Positions 19,263 to 30,006 of a stretch of DNA of 64,000 nt are shown here, piece by piece. The DNA is from an uncultured Candidatus Binatia bacterium (GTDB taxonomy: Bacteria; Desulfobacterota; Binatia; UBA9968; CAXXLF01). A model generated the notes under the pieces. The model searched no databases and was not told the DNA's origin. It saw nothing but the letters and a program-made list of their open reading frames with translations. The translations under genes were made by a program, and so were the position numbers. Within the stretch, counting starts at the first letter, position 1; each line of letters opens with the position of its first letter. Location of the stretch: assembly GCA_965218425.1 (NCBI GenBank), contig OZ244621.1:384001-448000 (forward strand), written 5' to 3'.

Positions 19263-19971
19263 TTTTTTCAAAGAGCCAACCGATGCCAAAACCCACCCCA
19301 GAAGCCAGGACTCCGAGAAAAGTCATTTCAAAACCGGACTTCCAGGGGTTGACCATTGTCAACCGGGTTTTCGCAACACCAGCCACAAAGAGAAACAACA
19401 CGGACACCACAATGGCCACCCAAATGGCGCTACCCGGGGTGCGCATGAAAAAGTAGGGAACCAGAAGAGGGAGTGAACCACCCAAGAAAGAAATCCCCAT
19501 GGTGAAGGCCACCTTGCTTGGGTCATCGAGATGTTCATCCATCAGACCAAGCTCTTCACGCTTCATAATCCGGAGCATGAGCTCTTTATCGGCCGTGGCC
19601 CTTTTCACAATGATATCCTGCTCAGACCCACTAAAACCCATCTCTTTGTAGATCTCCCTAAGCTCCCGAACTTCCTTTTCCGGCGTCCTTTCAATTTCCC
19701 ATCTTTCCAGCTCCACTTCAGACTGGAAGAACTCCCTTTGGGACTTCGTGGAGAGATAGGCTCCAATGGCCATGGAAAGCGCTCCGGCCGCTATCTCGGC
19801 CACTCCGGCCAAGATGACAAAACGCATCTCCGAAATGGCAACGGTGACCCCCGCCAAGAAGCCTATGGTGGTCACCAATCCATCGTTCATCCCGAAAATG
19901 ACTTCGCGGATGGCTCTACCTTTAGGGGTATGCCAAGCTTCACCGTGATGTGTCCTCGGTCTGACAGCCAT
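19255..19971 (-). CDS. VIT1/CCC1 family iron/manganese transporter
   Basis: IREVIFGMNDGLVT, AGALSMAIGAYLS motifs. Confidence 0.92.
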   Translation of the reverse strand: MAVRPRTHHGEAWHTPKGRAIREVIFGMNDGLVTTIGFLAGVTVAISEMRFVILAGVAEIAAGALSMAIGAYLSTKSQREFFQSEVELERWEIERTPEKEVRELREIYKEMGFSGSEQDIIVKRATADKELMLRIMKREELGLMDEHLDDPSKVAFTMGISFLGGSLPLLVPYFFMRTPGSAIWVAIVVSVLFLFVAGVAKTRLTMVNPWKSGFEMTFLGVLASGVGFGIGWLFEKII

Positions 19972-20065
19972 GATTTTCCAAAGCTAACACTTCCATTGGC
20001 AAAAACCAATGTGGACTGGATTTGACTTCTCATTCGCAGTCCTCTATTTTTCAGCCCTATTCTCC

Positions 20066-20899
20066 ATGGATGAACTCCAGCCAAAGAAACCTCCCAGAGG
20101 TCCATTGCGCGAAGATGAAGCCGTTATATTCCTAGACCGAAAAGAGAGGGAATACCTGCGAAAGCTTAGGAAGGGCAAAAAGATTTCAATTCGTGGAGGT
20201 ATGATTCTCGCAGAGGACCTTATCGGTACGGATGAAGGATCCTTGGTTCGTTCCTCCATGAACGAGCCGTTCATCGTCCTGCGACCCACGCTTGTTCAAA
20301 TCATCCCGAATTTGCCACGCAGGGCTCAAGTCATATATCCCAAAGACACGGGTGTCATTCTCCTATGGGGCGACATCTTTCCCGGTGCGAGGGTCATCGA
20401 AGCTGGGGTTGGGCCCGGTGCGCTGACCATGGCTTTGCTGCGCACAGTGGGACCGGAGGGCCAAGTGACCTCCTATGAAATCCGTGAAGACTTCGCAAAA
20501 ATGGCACAGGATAATATTGCCGCCTTTTACGGACCCGCCCCCAATTGGAATCTTAAGGTTAAAGATATCTCTCAAGACCTGGACGAGACGGAGGTGGATC
20601 GAATCATTCTCGATCTCCCGCAACCCTGGCGGGTAACCCCCAAGGCCTGGGGGGCGCTGCGCCCTGGGGGCATCCTTTTGAGCTACGTGCCTACAGTCCT
20701 TCAGATCAAAAATTGGGTGGACTCCCTCAAGGAGCATGGAGGATTTACCTGTATTGAGACCATGGAAAACCTTTTACGGTTTTGGCATATCAAGGACCTC
20801 AGCGCGAGACCCCAGCACCGGATGGTTGCCCACACAGGATTCATCACCTTGGCCCGACGCCTCAAGGATACGGCCACGAGTCTCCCCGGAGCCCCATAG
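20066..20899 (+). CDS. trmI: tRNA (adenine-58-N1)-methyltransferase
   Basis: RRAQVIYPKD, IEAGVGPGALT, SYEIREDF, LDLPQPW, HRMVAHTGF. Confidence 0.92.
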   Translation: MDELQPKKPPRGPLREDEAVIFLDRKEREYLRKLRKGKKISIRGGMILAEDLIGTDEGSLVRSSMNEPFIVLRPTLVQIIPNLPRRAQVIYPKDTGVILLWGDIFPGARVIEAGVGPGALTMALLRTVGPEGQVTSYEIREDFAKMAQDNIAAFYGPAPNWNLKVKDISQDLDETEVDRIILDLPQPWRVTPKAWGALRPGGILLSYVPTVLQIKNWVDSLKEHGGFTCIETMENLLRFWHIKDLSARPQHRMVAHTGFITLARRLKDTATSLPGAP

Positions 20900-21081
20900 C
20901 TTCACGGCCGTGGATTTCTGCGCGTCTGGACAATAGGTTTTACCCCAGGTCCTTGCCAGGGTACTCTCGACATTCAATGTCAAATTTCCCAGTGAACCCG
21001 ACATGGACACAGTTCATTTGGAAGGATACGTGCTAGGGGAAACCATTTTGACGGGACATTAGTAAACGGATGACTATTCTT

Positions 21082-21358
21082 TTACGGCTCAATTTGCTCC
21101 GTCACCACATTCAAGCGCTCCAGCAATTCCATCCGAGAGTGCACACCCATTTTTTGAATATTGACTTCAGATGATTTCGGACTGTGCTTGGACTGATATG
21201 GAGGACCGAGCAATAGCCACCACACGCCGGTTGGCTCGTAACAGGCGAAGAATCTCCCATTCACGTGGGGTGAGGACATGCAAATCCTTATGAGGCATCT
21301 CCCCGTTGATTTCATCTGCCAGCTCTATAAACCGTGCCTTATTAGAAAAAAACTTCAA
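21082..21358 (-). pseudogene. LuxR-type HTH regulator remnant
   Basis: LTPREWEILRLL...IARS and, in another frame, KMGVHSRMELL; frameshifted. Confidence 0.65.
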
Positions 21359-21606
21359 TTTCTATGAAAGGTAACGAGGATCCACCGGAATGCAATGCCC
21401 CCCAGCCCTGGGCCTGGATAAAATGGCATAAATCCGAAAGGTTTGGTTGCCGCAGTTCCAATCACCTCCCAAACATCTAAGTCCAGCCGATGACACATCA
21501 TGGTAAACTCGTTCACCAAGCCAATGTTGACACTGCGAAACACGTTTTCCAGGAGCTTAACCATTTCCGCTGAATCCGTATTGTTTACGGGAACCACCTG
21601 TTCCAC
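21355..21606 (-). pseudogene. Nucleotide-sugar dehydrogenase (UDP-glucose/GDP-mannose family) central fragment
   Basis: AEMVKLLENVFRSVNIGLVNE, AATKPFGFMPFYPGPGLGG, then HCIPVDP in a shifted frame followed by TAG; both ends missing. Confidence 0.85.
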
Positions 21607-21771
21607 GATTAAAAGTCTGACTCTTTTTTTGTAAGTTTCAATAAAACTTTCATATAGGGTCTGACCCCAATGGTTGTGGATAACCGAGTTAAGCCTTATA
21701 TATTAATAACCTTCAAAACAAAATTTAAAACTTTAGCCGACCGTTACTGGCTAAGAGCGTTTGGCTGGTTA

Positions 21772-21915
21772 GATTTTGGGCGTTATTGGGTTGATTGCGT
21801 TTGTTGGGCTTAAGGGACCAGAGGTCGGGAGTCAGAGGTCAGACAACGGAAATGGGCAATCGAATATCGGACTCGGGGAAAAGATCACTCACGCAAAGAC
21901 GCAAAGCACGCGCAG
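21772..21915. repeat. Composite periodic intergenic repeat (9-mer array, TCAGAGG heptamers, CGCAAAG motifs)
   Basis: ttattggg ttgattgcg tttgttggg; cagaggtcgggagtcagaggtcaga; cgcaaagacgcaaag. Confidence 0.6.
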
Positions 21916-21993
21916 TTCGGAGAAAAAAGTCAGGGCAAGGGTTAAGGGACAGGACAGTTTTCAATCCATTTGTGGATTAGGTAAGATTATTGA

Positions 21994-23112
21994 GTGACCA
22001 TTAAGCGCAACAACATCCGGAAGATACAAGCCTGTATCAGCAATCCAGTAAATCAAAGAACCATAGGAACGAAGAAAATCGTCGGAATCATCGGTGATGC
22101 GCCGTCTCACTATGCCAAGAGCCCACCTATCTGGAACGCAGTATTCCAGCAATTGAAATTAAATGCTGTGTATCTACCGTTTGATGTGCAGCCAACCCGC
22201 TTGAAGGATTTAATAAACGCTCTCAGAGAGTCGGACCGGCTCATGGGAGCTAACGTGACGGTTCCTTACAAAGTGCGGGTTCTCGATCTCTTGGACTCCC
22301 TGGATGAAAAGGCAGCTCAAATTAGAGCTGTAAATACGATTGTTAAGGCCAAAGACGGGAAACTGGTAGGCTATAATACTGACGGGAGCGGTTTTATCGA
22401 AAGCATCCTAAACCCACGGTATGGACAAGGCGCCCCTTTTGTAAAATCATTGAAGGGGGTGGACGTTTTGATGATCGGCGCGGGTGGCTCCGCCCGTGCC
22501 GTCGCCTTTTATCTCGCCGGGCTGCTGGGCAAAGGAACCTTTTTTATTTGCAATAGGACAATGGAAACGGCCGTGTCCCTGGCGGAAGAAGTAAAAAATC
22601 TTTTCGGCAATGCGAAGGCGATCCATGAAAGGGACATCCCGAAATGGGCACCAAAGGCGGGATTGATTGTTAACTGTTCCACCAAGGGTCAAGGGGGAAT
22701 CAGAAAGACCTCTGATGGAAGGGTTACCATGCTGGAGCCATACTCCGCCCTGGCCCCTGCCCATCCCGTGACTTTACCAGGCTCAGACGAAGGCAAACCT
22801 GAATTGTATCGTGATTTCCTTGGTGCCTCTCTATCTGACATAGAGGCAAACAACGAGGCGTCGCTGAGGCTGGCTGTGTCAATTCCACTTAATGTGAAGT
22901 TTTGCGACCTGGTATATTTCCCTTTAGAGACGGTCTTTTTACGTCACGGGCGTCTTAGCGGACATGAAACTTTGAACGGCAAGGGTATGAACGTGGCTCA
23001 GGCGGCAGATGCGTTTTTCAATAAGATCTGCAAAGGGATGCTCCGGGAAGGGAAGTTGCATAACCTCAAGGCCTACCAAAGCATTGTAGAGACTATGTCC
23101 TCTGCCTGGTAA
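21994..23112 (+). CDS. aroE: Shikimate dehydrogenase
   Basis: KSPPIWN, GANVTVPYK, AVNTI, GYNTDG, IGAGGSARA, DLVYFP. Confidence 0.9.
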   Translation: MTIKRNNIRKIQACISNPVNQRTIGTKKIVGIIGDAPSHYAKSPPIWNAVFQQLKLNAVYLPFDVQPTRLKDLINALRESDRLMGANVTVPYKVRVLDLLDSLDEKAAQIRAVNTIVKAKDGKLVGYNTDGSGFIESILNPRYGQGAPFVKSLKGVDVLMIGAGGSARAVAFYLAGLLGKGTFFICNRTMETAVSLAEEVKNLFGNAKAIHERDIPKWAPKAGLIVNCSTKGQGGIRKTSDGRVTMLEPYSALAPAHPVTLPGSDEGKPELYRDFLGASLSDIEANNEASLRLAVSIPLNVKFCDLVYFPLETVFLRHGRLSGHETLNGKGMNVAQAADAFFNKICKGMLREGKLHNLKAYQSIVETMSSAW

Positions 23113-23259
23113 ACCCCAAACCACGGGCTCAGATTCTGCCACATCGAACACACGGCTGAATGAATTCCCCCTTATGACTTTTTTAGGACTGAAATTCGAG
23201 TGTTCCTATCGGACCACATTGGTCCATTGAAATCGTTGAAACGGCAGGTTAATTGATAC

Positions 23260-24054
23260 TCAGGTACGCGGCGTTTTGTGGTACGGGGGAAAGGTTTTCC
23301 ACAGCATAGACCCACCTAGAAGTACTAGAACGATGGCTAGCCATTGCGCCTGTGTCATACCGAGAGCAATTACCGGATTGATCCGCCAGAACTCCACCGA
23401 GAAGCGGGCAATGCCAGCCAGGATCAAATAAAGCCAGAAAATCACTCCGGGCGGAAAGTCTTTTTTCCTCACAGACCAGAGAACTCCAAAGATTACGAAA
23501 GATTGAAATGTTTCGTAGAGGGGGGTTGGGTGAACCTTTACACCCTCAGGATATGGGATACCAGTCATGGGATGGACCCAGCCGATGATCGCGTTGGTGT
23601 ATTGAGCCGCCCAGGGAACATCCGTAACCGTTCCCCAATCGCCATCCCCTGCAATGTGACATCCGATACGGCCAATGCCGTAGGCGAGCGCCACCGCGGG
23701 TGAACAGATATCAGCCGTATGGAGCCAAGGAATCCCCTTTTTCCGGCCTACCCAACTGACGGCCAGGGCACCGCCAAACAGGCCACCGTACCAGGTGAAT
23801 CCGGCACCGCTCAGGATCAGATCAAATGGGGCCTGAACAAAACGTTCCCAATCTTCAAAAATGAAAAAAATCCTGGCACCGAGCAGTCCTCCCACAGCAG
23901 CCGCAATCACCGTCGTAGAAGCAAGGTCGGGGTCATACTGGTAGCGTTTGAGCTCGCACCACGCAATCCAGCCGCCAGCAAGGGCGGCAACGGCCATTAA
24001 GGTTCCAAAGCTATATACTGTGAGAGGACCAATCGTAAAAATAATAGGATACAT
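23260..24054 (-). CDS. lgt: Prolipoprotein diacylglyceryl transferase
   Basis: GARI, GFTWYGG, IGRIGC, HPTPLYE, RFSVEFWR. Confidence 0.93.
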   Translation of the reverse strand: MYPIIFTIGPLTVYSFGTLMAVAALAGGWIAWCELKRYQYDPDLASTTVIAAAVGGLLGARIFFIFEDWERFVQAPFDLILSGAGFTWYGGLFGGALAVSWVGRKKGIPWLHTADICSPAVALAYGIGRIGCHIAGDGDWGTVTDVPWAAQYTNAIIGWVHPMTGIPYPEGVKVHPTPLYETFQSFVIFGVLWSVRKKDFPPGVIFWLYLILAGIARFSVEFWRINPVIALGMTQAQWLAIVLVLLGGSMLWKTFPPYHKTPRT

Positions 24055-24059
24055 TATGG

Positions 24060-24400
24060 TTAATTTAGTCTAACTGGTCTATTCGGTCTATCTAGTCGAT
24101 CTGGTTTGTTGTGTTGTAAAAGTTCATCGGGTTAATTGAGTTGACGGATATTGTGAGGCATGTTTGGTTGACCCGGACTGTCTCATCTATCTCGTCTGTG
24201 CGATGAATCCGCAATGGGTACACGATCTGTCGCTTATGGTACCCGCCAAAGAAGGAATAGTAAACCCCGAATTGGTGCCTAGGGAGTTTAATGAGTTCTT
24301 TGGGTAGATTGAGTTTATTGGGTTTTAGAAATCGGACATCAGAGATCAGAAATCGGAACTTTGAAAGTCAGCGGTCAAGGGAGTCACCAGCAATTAACCG
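24060..24400. repeat. Composite periodic intergenic repeats (9-mer and 7-mer arrays)
   Basis: gtctaactg gtctattcg gtctatcta; gagtttaat gagttcttt gggtagatt gagtttatt; atcagagatcagaaatcgga. Confidence 0.6.
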
Positions 24401-24416
24401 CAGATTCACGCAGATT

Positions 24417-24524
24417 ATGATTCACCGCAGGGGCCCAGAGGACGCAGAGATTTTCCGGTTTTTTGTTTGTCGGGAGACGACGACAAACAAAAACATGCCT
24501 CTTCCAAAGAATAGGTCTTTTGCC
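24417..24524 (+). repeat. Dispersed ~110-bp repeat with a perfect 13-bp hairpin (loop GGAGACGA), copy 1
   Basis: TTTTTGTTTGTCG-GGAGACGA-CGACAAACAAAAA; inverted copy at 35680-35795. Confidence 0.8.
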
Positions 24525-24685
24525 GGGTTTAGGGGCATCACCGAGCTCTGAACTCTGTTATATCCGACATCCATTAGTTGCCGACTGCTAGCTGCTCACT
24601 GCCCCCCGGCAATTGAGGGGCGCGATGTTTTGGTTTCATTCGTAAAGATTTGACTAATATTGTCTGACAGTTTACGAGAGTATCA

Positions 24686-25126
24686 ATGCGTCTTTTGATT
24701 CAAAGAGTTAGCGAAGCGAATGTGACTATTGAAGGGAGCGAAGTTGGCGCAATCGGGCCTGGCCTCTGCTTATTTCTAGGTGTCGCAAAAGATGATACGG
24801 AGGAGGACTCAACCTATTTAGCCCAGAAGGCCGTGGATCTGAGGATATTTGAAGACGACGAGGGCAAGTTCAACCGGACCTTGGTGAACGTGGGCGGAGA
24901 GATCCTGGTGGTCTCACAATTCACCCTTTATGGGGATTGCACCAAGGGGCGGCGCCCCTCATTCAGCCATGCTGCGGCACCCGAAGAGGCAGAGCGACTC
25001 TACCGGCACTTCGTCGCACAGCTTCGAGCAAAATCCCCTAAGGTCGCTACCGGTCAATTCCAAGCCAAAATGGACGTATCTCTTGTGAACGACGGCCCAG
25101 TGACCTTTATAATAGACAGCAAATAG
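24686..25126 (+). CDS. dtd: D-aminoacyl-tRNA deacylase
   Basis: [27 protein letters not shown]. Confidence 0.96.
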   Translation: MRLLIQRVSEANVTIEGSEVGAIGPGLCLFLGVAKDDTEEDSTYLAQKAVDLRIFEDDEGKFNRTLVNVGGEILVVSQFTLYGDCTKGRRPSFSHAAAPEEAERLYRHFVAQLRAKSPKVATGQFQAKMDVSLVNDGPVTFIIDSK

Positions 25127-25137
25127 TGGGCAGTTAG

Positions 25138-25290
25138 CCTATCGAGTCTATTTTGTCTATCTCGTTGATTTTGTGGTACAAATGGTCCGAAAAGGTCAGA
25201 TTAATAAACCAGACCGAACAAACCAAATCGACCAAATAAACTAGATAATCCGGATAAACCAACCTGACCAAATTGACGAAACAGACTTGA
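25138..25290. repeat. 9-bp periodic array in inverted arrangement
   Basis: gtctatttt gtctatctc followed by aaataaact agataatcc ggataaacc. Confidence 0.55.
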
Positions 25291-25293
25291 GCC

Positions 25294-25746
25294 ATGCACG
25301 TCGTCCTATACCAACCTGAAATCCCACCCAATACTGGTTCCATTGCGCGCCTGTGTGCCGCGACTAAAACCCCCCTCCATTTGATTGCGCCACTTGGCTT
25401 CAAAATTGACGACAAGCATTTAAAACGCGCCGGCCTCGATTACTGGGGGTTTGTTGATCTACGACTTCATGAATCCTGGCAGCACTTTCTTGATCTGCAT
25501 GGCAAAAACCGTATGTTTTTCTTTTCTAAAAAGGCAAAATGCTCCTATATCAAAGCGGAATTTCAAAGGGGAGATTTCCTGGTTTTTGGCCCCGAGACTC
25601 GCGGTCTCCCCGAGGAACTCTTATCAGCTAACCAAGAAAAGGCCTACGTGATCCCCATGATGAGCGAAGGGGTACGGAGCCTCAACCTTTCCAATGCCGT
25701 GTCAATTGTTCTCTATGAGGCCCTGCGACAACTGGGTCAAGTATAA
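25294..25746 (+). CDS. trmL: tRNA (cytidine/uridine-34 2'-O)-methyltransferase
   Basis: PEIPPNTG, LKRAGLDYW, FGPETRGL, RSLNLSNAV. Confidence 0.95.
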   Translation: MHVVLYQPEIPPNTGSIARLCAATKTPLHLIAPLGFKIDDKHLKRAGLDYWGFVDLRLHESWQHFLDLHGKNRMFFFSKKAKCSYIKAEFQRGDFLVFGPETRGLPEELLSANQEKAYVIPMMSEGVRSLNLSNAVSIVLYEALRQLGQV

Positions 25747-25880
25747 ACCAGGCCGCTAAAATAGACACACTTGGAAGGGGAAATCGTTCAAAATACCTAC
25801 AAAAGTCTTGACGAGAGCGAAGAATGTGATTAATGTTTCTATCCGCTTGATATTATTACTTAATGGAGGGGAATTTTCCT

Positions 25881-27101
25881 ATGTTGTCACGGCGCTTAAA
25901 TTCTACCTGGGTAACGCTGCTTTTATTGGTTTTCCTATCCGTCCTAATAGGATCAGCGGATCCAACCACAGCAGCCCAAAGCAGTAAGCCCTTCAATCTC
26001 ATACTCTCCTACACAGACGTCACAGTGGGGCCAGGCCAGGAATTCGAGATGGATGTTGACGTGGCCAACCCCGGAAAAGACCCCGTGCTGGTCTTGCTAA
26101 AAACCGATTCGGTTCCAGAGGGTTGGAAGGCCGCATTTCACTCCCGCTATCCCAGCTTCCCGGTGCGGTCAGTAATGGTGGAGGGCGAAAAGTCCAAGAC
26201 TCTTGAGTTCAAGGTGGACGTTCCGGACAAAGTCGAGGGGAAGTCCTACGAGATCAAGGTCTCCGCCAGTGACAGAAATGGCCTAAACGCCATGTCGGAA
26301 ACCATGACCTTCCGCCTATCACCCAAGAAGGTGGAGACCGGAGGACTAAAAACCGAGAGCCAGTATCCTGATTTGACCGGCCCCAGCAACCAGACCTTCA
26401 AGTTCAGTGTGGATTTAAAAAACGAAACGGACAAAGACCTGACCGCAGCTCTGGCAGCGGAGGGACCCACAGAATGGAGGGTGCGCATCAAACCACAGTT
26501 CGAAGATAATGTGATATCTTCCGTGGCCCTCAAGAAGGACTCCTCCCAGACTCTGAGCGTGGAAATCGATCCGCCGGCCCTGGCCAAAGCGGGCGAGTAT
26601 CCCGTGACCTTCAAGGCACGATCCGGCTCTTTTACGGCAGAGAGACAATTCAAGATAAACCTCACGGGTACGTATGACTTCATCATGGGAGTCCCCACCA
26701 TGGGAAATACGCTGGCCCTAAAACTGAACACATCCGTTACGGTGGGTAAAAAATCCGACGTGGAGTTTCTAGTGGCCAACACGGGCACGGCTCCCCTGAC
26801 CAATCTTGGCTTCGACGCCACCAAGCCGCAAGGGTGGAGCGTGGAATTCGAACCCAAGAAATTCGACTCCCTCAACCCCGGTGATGTCCAAAAAGTAACC
26901 ACCATAATCCAGACGTCAGATAGAACCATTGCCGGGGACTATCTTCTGACCGTGAGTTCTAATAGTCCTGACGCAAGAAAGTCCATCGATTTCAGAGTCA
27001 CCGTGGCGACTCCAACACTGTGGGGATGGATTGGGGCAGCCATTGTGGCAGCGGTGGTTTTGGGTCTGGGGCTTGTATTTGTCCGACTGGGGCGGCGATG
27101 A
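25881..27101 (+). CDS. NEW3 (Ig-like) domain surface protein with C-terminal membrane anchor, ABC-associated
   Basis: Signal-peptide-like N-terminus; repeated N-G...P.GW beta domains (NTGTAPLTNL, PQGWSVEFEP); C-terminal TM ending GRR; ATGA-coupled to the ATPase. Confidence 0.85.
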   Translation: MLSRRLNSTWVTLLLLVFLSVLIGSADPTTAAQSSKPFNLILSYTDVTVGPGQEFEMDVDVANPGKDPVLVLLKTDSVPEGWKAAFHSRYPSFPVRSVMVEGEKSKTLEFKVDVPDKVEGKSYEIKVSASDRNGLNAMSETMTFRLSPKKVETGGLKTESQYPDLTGPSNQTFKFSVDLKNETDKDLTAALAAEGPTEWRVRIKPQFEDNVISSVALKKDSSQTLSVEIDPPALAKAGEYPVTFKARSGSFTAERQFKINLTGTYDFIMGVPTMGNTLALKLNTSVTVGKKSDVEFLVANTGTAPLTNLGFDATKPQGWSVEFEPKKFDSLNPGDVQKVTTIIQTSDRTIAGDYLLTVSSNSPDARKSIDFRVTVATPTLWGWIGAAIVAAVVLGLGLVFVRLGRR

Positions 27102-28030
27102 GCGCGATTATTGACACCAGCAAACTGACCAAACGCTACCGCGACATGCTAGCGGTCAACGATCTCAACCTTAAGGTTGAACAAAAGGAAATCTTCGGCT
27201 TCCTCGGACCTAATGGAGCCGGCAAAACGACTACGATCCTGATGCTGATTGGTCTAACGGAACCCACCAGTGGAAGCGCCTCCGTGTGCGGTTTCGATCC
27301 CACCCGAAAGCCCCTGGAGATCAAGAGGAGGGTGGGCTATTTGCCGGAGAATCCAGGTTACTACGAGGACTTGAGTGCAGAGGAAAACCTGCTCTACATC
27401 GCTCGGCTAAACCAAATACCCTTGGGGAATAACGGCCAGAAGATTGTGGATGTACTGGCACAGGTGGGTCTCGCGGACGACAGACGGCGGCCCGTGAGGG
27501 AGTACTCTCGCGGTATGAAGCAGCGCCTGGGCTTCGCAGAAGTGCTGGTAAAACAGCCTGAGGTGGTGATTTTGGACGAGCCCACTCTCGGTATCGACCC
27601 GGATGGAGTCACCCGCATACTCGACCTCATCACAGAGCTGAACCGGGATCGAGGGCTCACCGTCCTACTCTGTTCCCATTTGCTCCATCAGGTCCAAAGG
27701 ATCTGTCACCGTATTGGCATCATCGTGAATGGGAAAATGATCGTTCAGGGAAAGACGGACGAGCTGGGAAAGACCATTCTCAAGGAACACCAATGGAATT
27801 TTCTACTGGAGGTGGGCGGCCAGGCGGAGGATCTTCAGGCGGAGTTGCGTTCCATCGCTGGCGTAGGGGTGGTGGAAGAACGAAACGGAGGTTGGTTTTT
27901 ACGGTGCACTAAAGACGTCCGGCCGGATGTCTTTTCCTTGGTAGCTAAAAAGGGCCTCACCCTGCTTCAACTCCGCAGTGAGGATCCAACCTTAGAAGAG
28001 ATATATCTTAAGTACTTCCGAGAAGCATAA
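27098..28030 (+). CDS. ABC transporter ATP-binding protein
   Basis: GPNGAGKT, YSRGMKQR, ILDEPT. Confidence 0.95.
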   Translation: MSAIIDTSKLTKRYRDMLAVNDLNLKVEQKEIFGFLGPNGAGKTTTILMLIGLTEPTSGSASVCGFDPTRKPLEIKRRVGYLPENPGYYEDLSAEENLLYIARLNQIPLGNNGQKIVDVLAQVGLADDRRRPVREYSRGMKQRLGFAEVLVKQPEVVILDEPTLGIDPDGVTRILDLITELNRDRGLTVLLCSHLLHQVQRICHRIGIIVNGKMIVQGKTDELGKTILKEHQWNFLLEVGGQAEDLQAELRSIAGVGVVEERNGGWFLRCTKDVRPDVFSLVAKKGLTLLQLRSEDPTLEEIYLKYFREA

Positions 28031-28079
28031 ATGTCGATCCAACTAACTTCGCCTAACTTCGTTTCTCGTCCTTTGATCT

Positions 28080-28375
28080 CCTTGCAACGTACTGCCAAAG
28101 TACGCTTCAGTCGACTCGGGGCTCGCGCCTCGTTATGCTCGTTCCATGGATCCACAAGAAGTTATCCACTAGATAGAGAGCGGCAAGCAGATTTCGGAGA
28201 ACGGAGCTCAGAGGTCAGAAATCGGAAGTCAAAGGTCGGCCGTATCGCCGAATTCCGACCTCTGATTTCAGACGTTGGCTCTGTCGAACGCAACAAACTC
28301 AATGAACTCAAAAAACCATGGAAACAAGTTGGCTAGCTCAACTAGATAGACTAAACAAACCTTATTGACGAAAGA
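28080..28375. repeat. Composite intergenic repeat (CGTACT..AGTACG palindrome, TCAGAGG hairpin cassette, 9-mer array)
   Basis: cgtactgccaaagtacg; aaggtcggccgtatcgccgaattccgacctctga; caacaaact caatgaact caaaaaacc. Confidence 0.6.
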
Positions 28376-28387
28376 GACGGGACCACA

Positions 28388-29284
28388 ATGAGCGTTGTTT
28401 TCTGGAAAGAGCTTTCGGACCATTTTAGTAGCCGTCGTTTCATGATCCTGCTGGTGCTGATCATTCTGACCGGATTCTGGGCCGTCTTTACCTCAGGTCA
28501 GGCCATTCGCGGACTTGCCGATGAAGTACCCACACGGTTTGTTTTTCTACTCCTTCTCACGTCGCAACCCGGCGCTCTCTTTTCTCTGGCCGCCTTTCTT
28601 GTGTTCTTCGGCCCCCTGGTGGGTATCACACTTGGTTTCGACGCCATCAGCGGAGAATACGCTCGGGGGACATTGAGTCGAGTCCTCTCCCAACCCATCT
28701 ATCGTGACAGCCTGATCAACGGAAAATTTCTCGCAGGCCTCACAACGGTTGCAATCTTCTGGGCCGCCATACTTCTCATCGTTATCGGCCTTGGCATTAC
28801 TCTGCTTGGTTTTCCACCCAACGGAGAAGAGCTCTGGCGCATGCTTATTTTTACACTGGTTGGGATCCTTTATGTGGGCTTTTGGCTCGCGCTGGCCTTG
28901 CTGTTTTCCCTGCTCTTCCAGCGTACCGTCACAGCCGCCCTGGCTTCCCTTGCCGTCTGGCTCTTCCTTGCCATCTTCGTCGGGATGATTGCTCAATCCC
29001 TCGCATCGCTGTTTGCCTCCTCCGGTGTTAATTTTGACGTCATCATCAGCCGGATATCCCCCAATACACTTTTCGTCGATGCCGTTCGGATCCTGATTGA
29101 TCCCGGAAGGGAAATTCTCGAGCGTGCAACCCGAGGCCAAGCGGAAGGGATCTTGCCCACCCCGCTTGCTCTAGGACAGAGCGTTCTCTCAATATGGCCC
29201 CATTTGACCACGTTGTTTGCCATGGTAGCCATCTGCTTTGGGGTTGCTTATATCAAGTTCATGCGCGACGAAATTCGTGCCTAG
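28388..29284 (+). CDS. ABC-2 type transporter permease
   Basis: KELSDH, GFDAISGEYARGTLSRVLSQPIYR, GKFLAG; six TM segments. Confidence 0.92.
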   Translation: MSVVFWKELSDHFSSRRFMILLVLIILTGFWAVFTSGQAIRGLADEVPTRFVFLLLLTSQPGALFSLAAFLVFFGPLVGITLGFDAISGEYARGTLSRVLSQPIYRDSLINGKFLAGLTTVAIFWAAILLIVIGLGITLLGFPPNGEELWRMLIFTLVGILYVGFWLALALLFSLLFQRTVTAALASLAVWLFLAIFVGMIAQSLASLFASSGVNFDVIISRISPNTLFVDAVRILIDPGREILERATRGQAEGILPTPLALGQSVLSIWPHLTTLFAMVAICFGVAYIKFMRDEIRA

Positions 29285-29499
29285 AATCGGTGAACGGTAG
29301 GCAGTAAGCAGCAGGCAGCAAACACTTGGAAGCAGAGCGCAAACCGTCTAAAGCTATGAACCTCAGACTTGCGAATAAAGATACACGCCAAAGGCACAAA
29401 GGATACCAAGTATCGATAAAGAGCTGAAAATTTGAGCTTCGGATTTCGGATTTTACTTCGTTGGCGTCTTGGGGCGAAAATCTTACTAAGCCGAACCGC

Positions 29500-30006
29500 T
29501 TATTTCCCCTGTCCCATTTTTTCCGCCGCCGCCAGGATAGACTCGACGATTTTCTTGTAACCGGTACAGCGACAGAGGTTGCCCTGCATAAACCGAATTA
29601 CGTCCTCTTCCGTAGGGTTAGCATTTTCGGCCAGCATCGTTTTTGCGGTAAGAATCATGCCAGGGGTACAAAAGCCGCACTGGAAGCCACCCTTCTCAAT
29701 GAAGGCTTCCTGCAAGGGATGAAGCTTGCCCTGCTGGGCAAGACCCTCAATGGTCAGGACGTCACGGCCTCTTGCCTCAAAGGCCGGTAAGGTACAGGAG
29801 CTAACGGGCCGACCGTCTAGGAGCAAGGTACACGTGCCGCAGACCTGCATGTCACAGGACCTTTTTGCGCCGGTTAGGCCCAAACGATTGCGCACCACAT
29901 CGAGCAACAGCTCATGGGGCTCCACTTCCAACTCATGCTGTCTACCATTGACAGTAATCGTCACTGGAATAGTTTGCACGGCCCGTCTCACGTGACCATT
30001 AGGCAT
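29500..30006 (-). CDS. coxS: Xanthine/CO dehydrogenase family 2Fe-2S small subunit
   Basis: CDMQVCGTC...SC; QCGFCTPG; NLCRCTGY. Confidence 0.92.
   Translation of the reverse strand: MPNGHVRRAVQTIPVTITVNGRQHELEVEPHELLLDVVRNRLGLTGAKRSCDMQVCGTCTLLLDGRPVSSCTLPAFEARGRDVLTIEGLAQQGKLHPLQEAFIEKGGFQCGFCTPGMILTAKTMLAENANPTEEDVIRFMQGNLCRCTGYKKIVESILAAAEKMGQGK

Noticed and set aside
21675..21683. Perfect DnaA box TGTGGATAA beside an AT-rich tract
   Set aside because: A single box, with no cluster and no dnaA/dnaN/gidA context, is insufficient for oriC.
26246..26929. Long antisense ORFs (e.g. 26246..26929, 28547..29140, 52284..52913, 59701..60264)
   Set aside because: Shadows of well-supported genes on the opposite strand.
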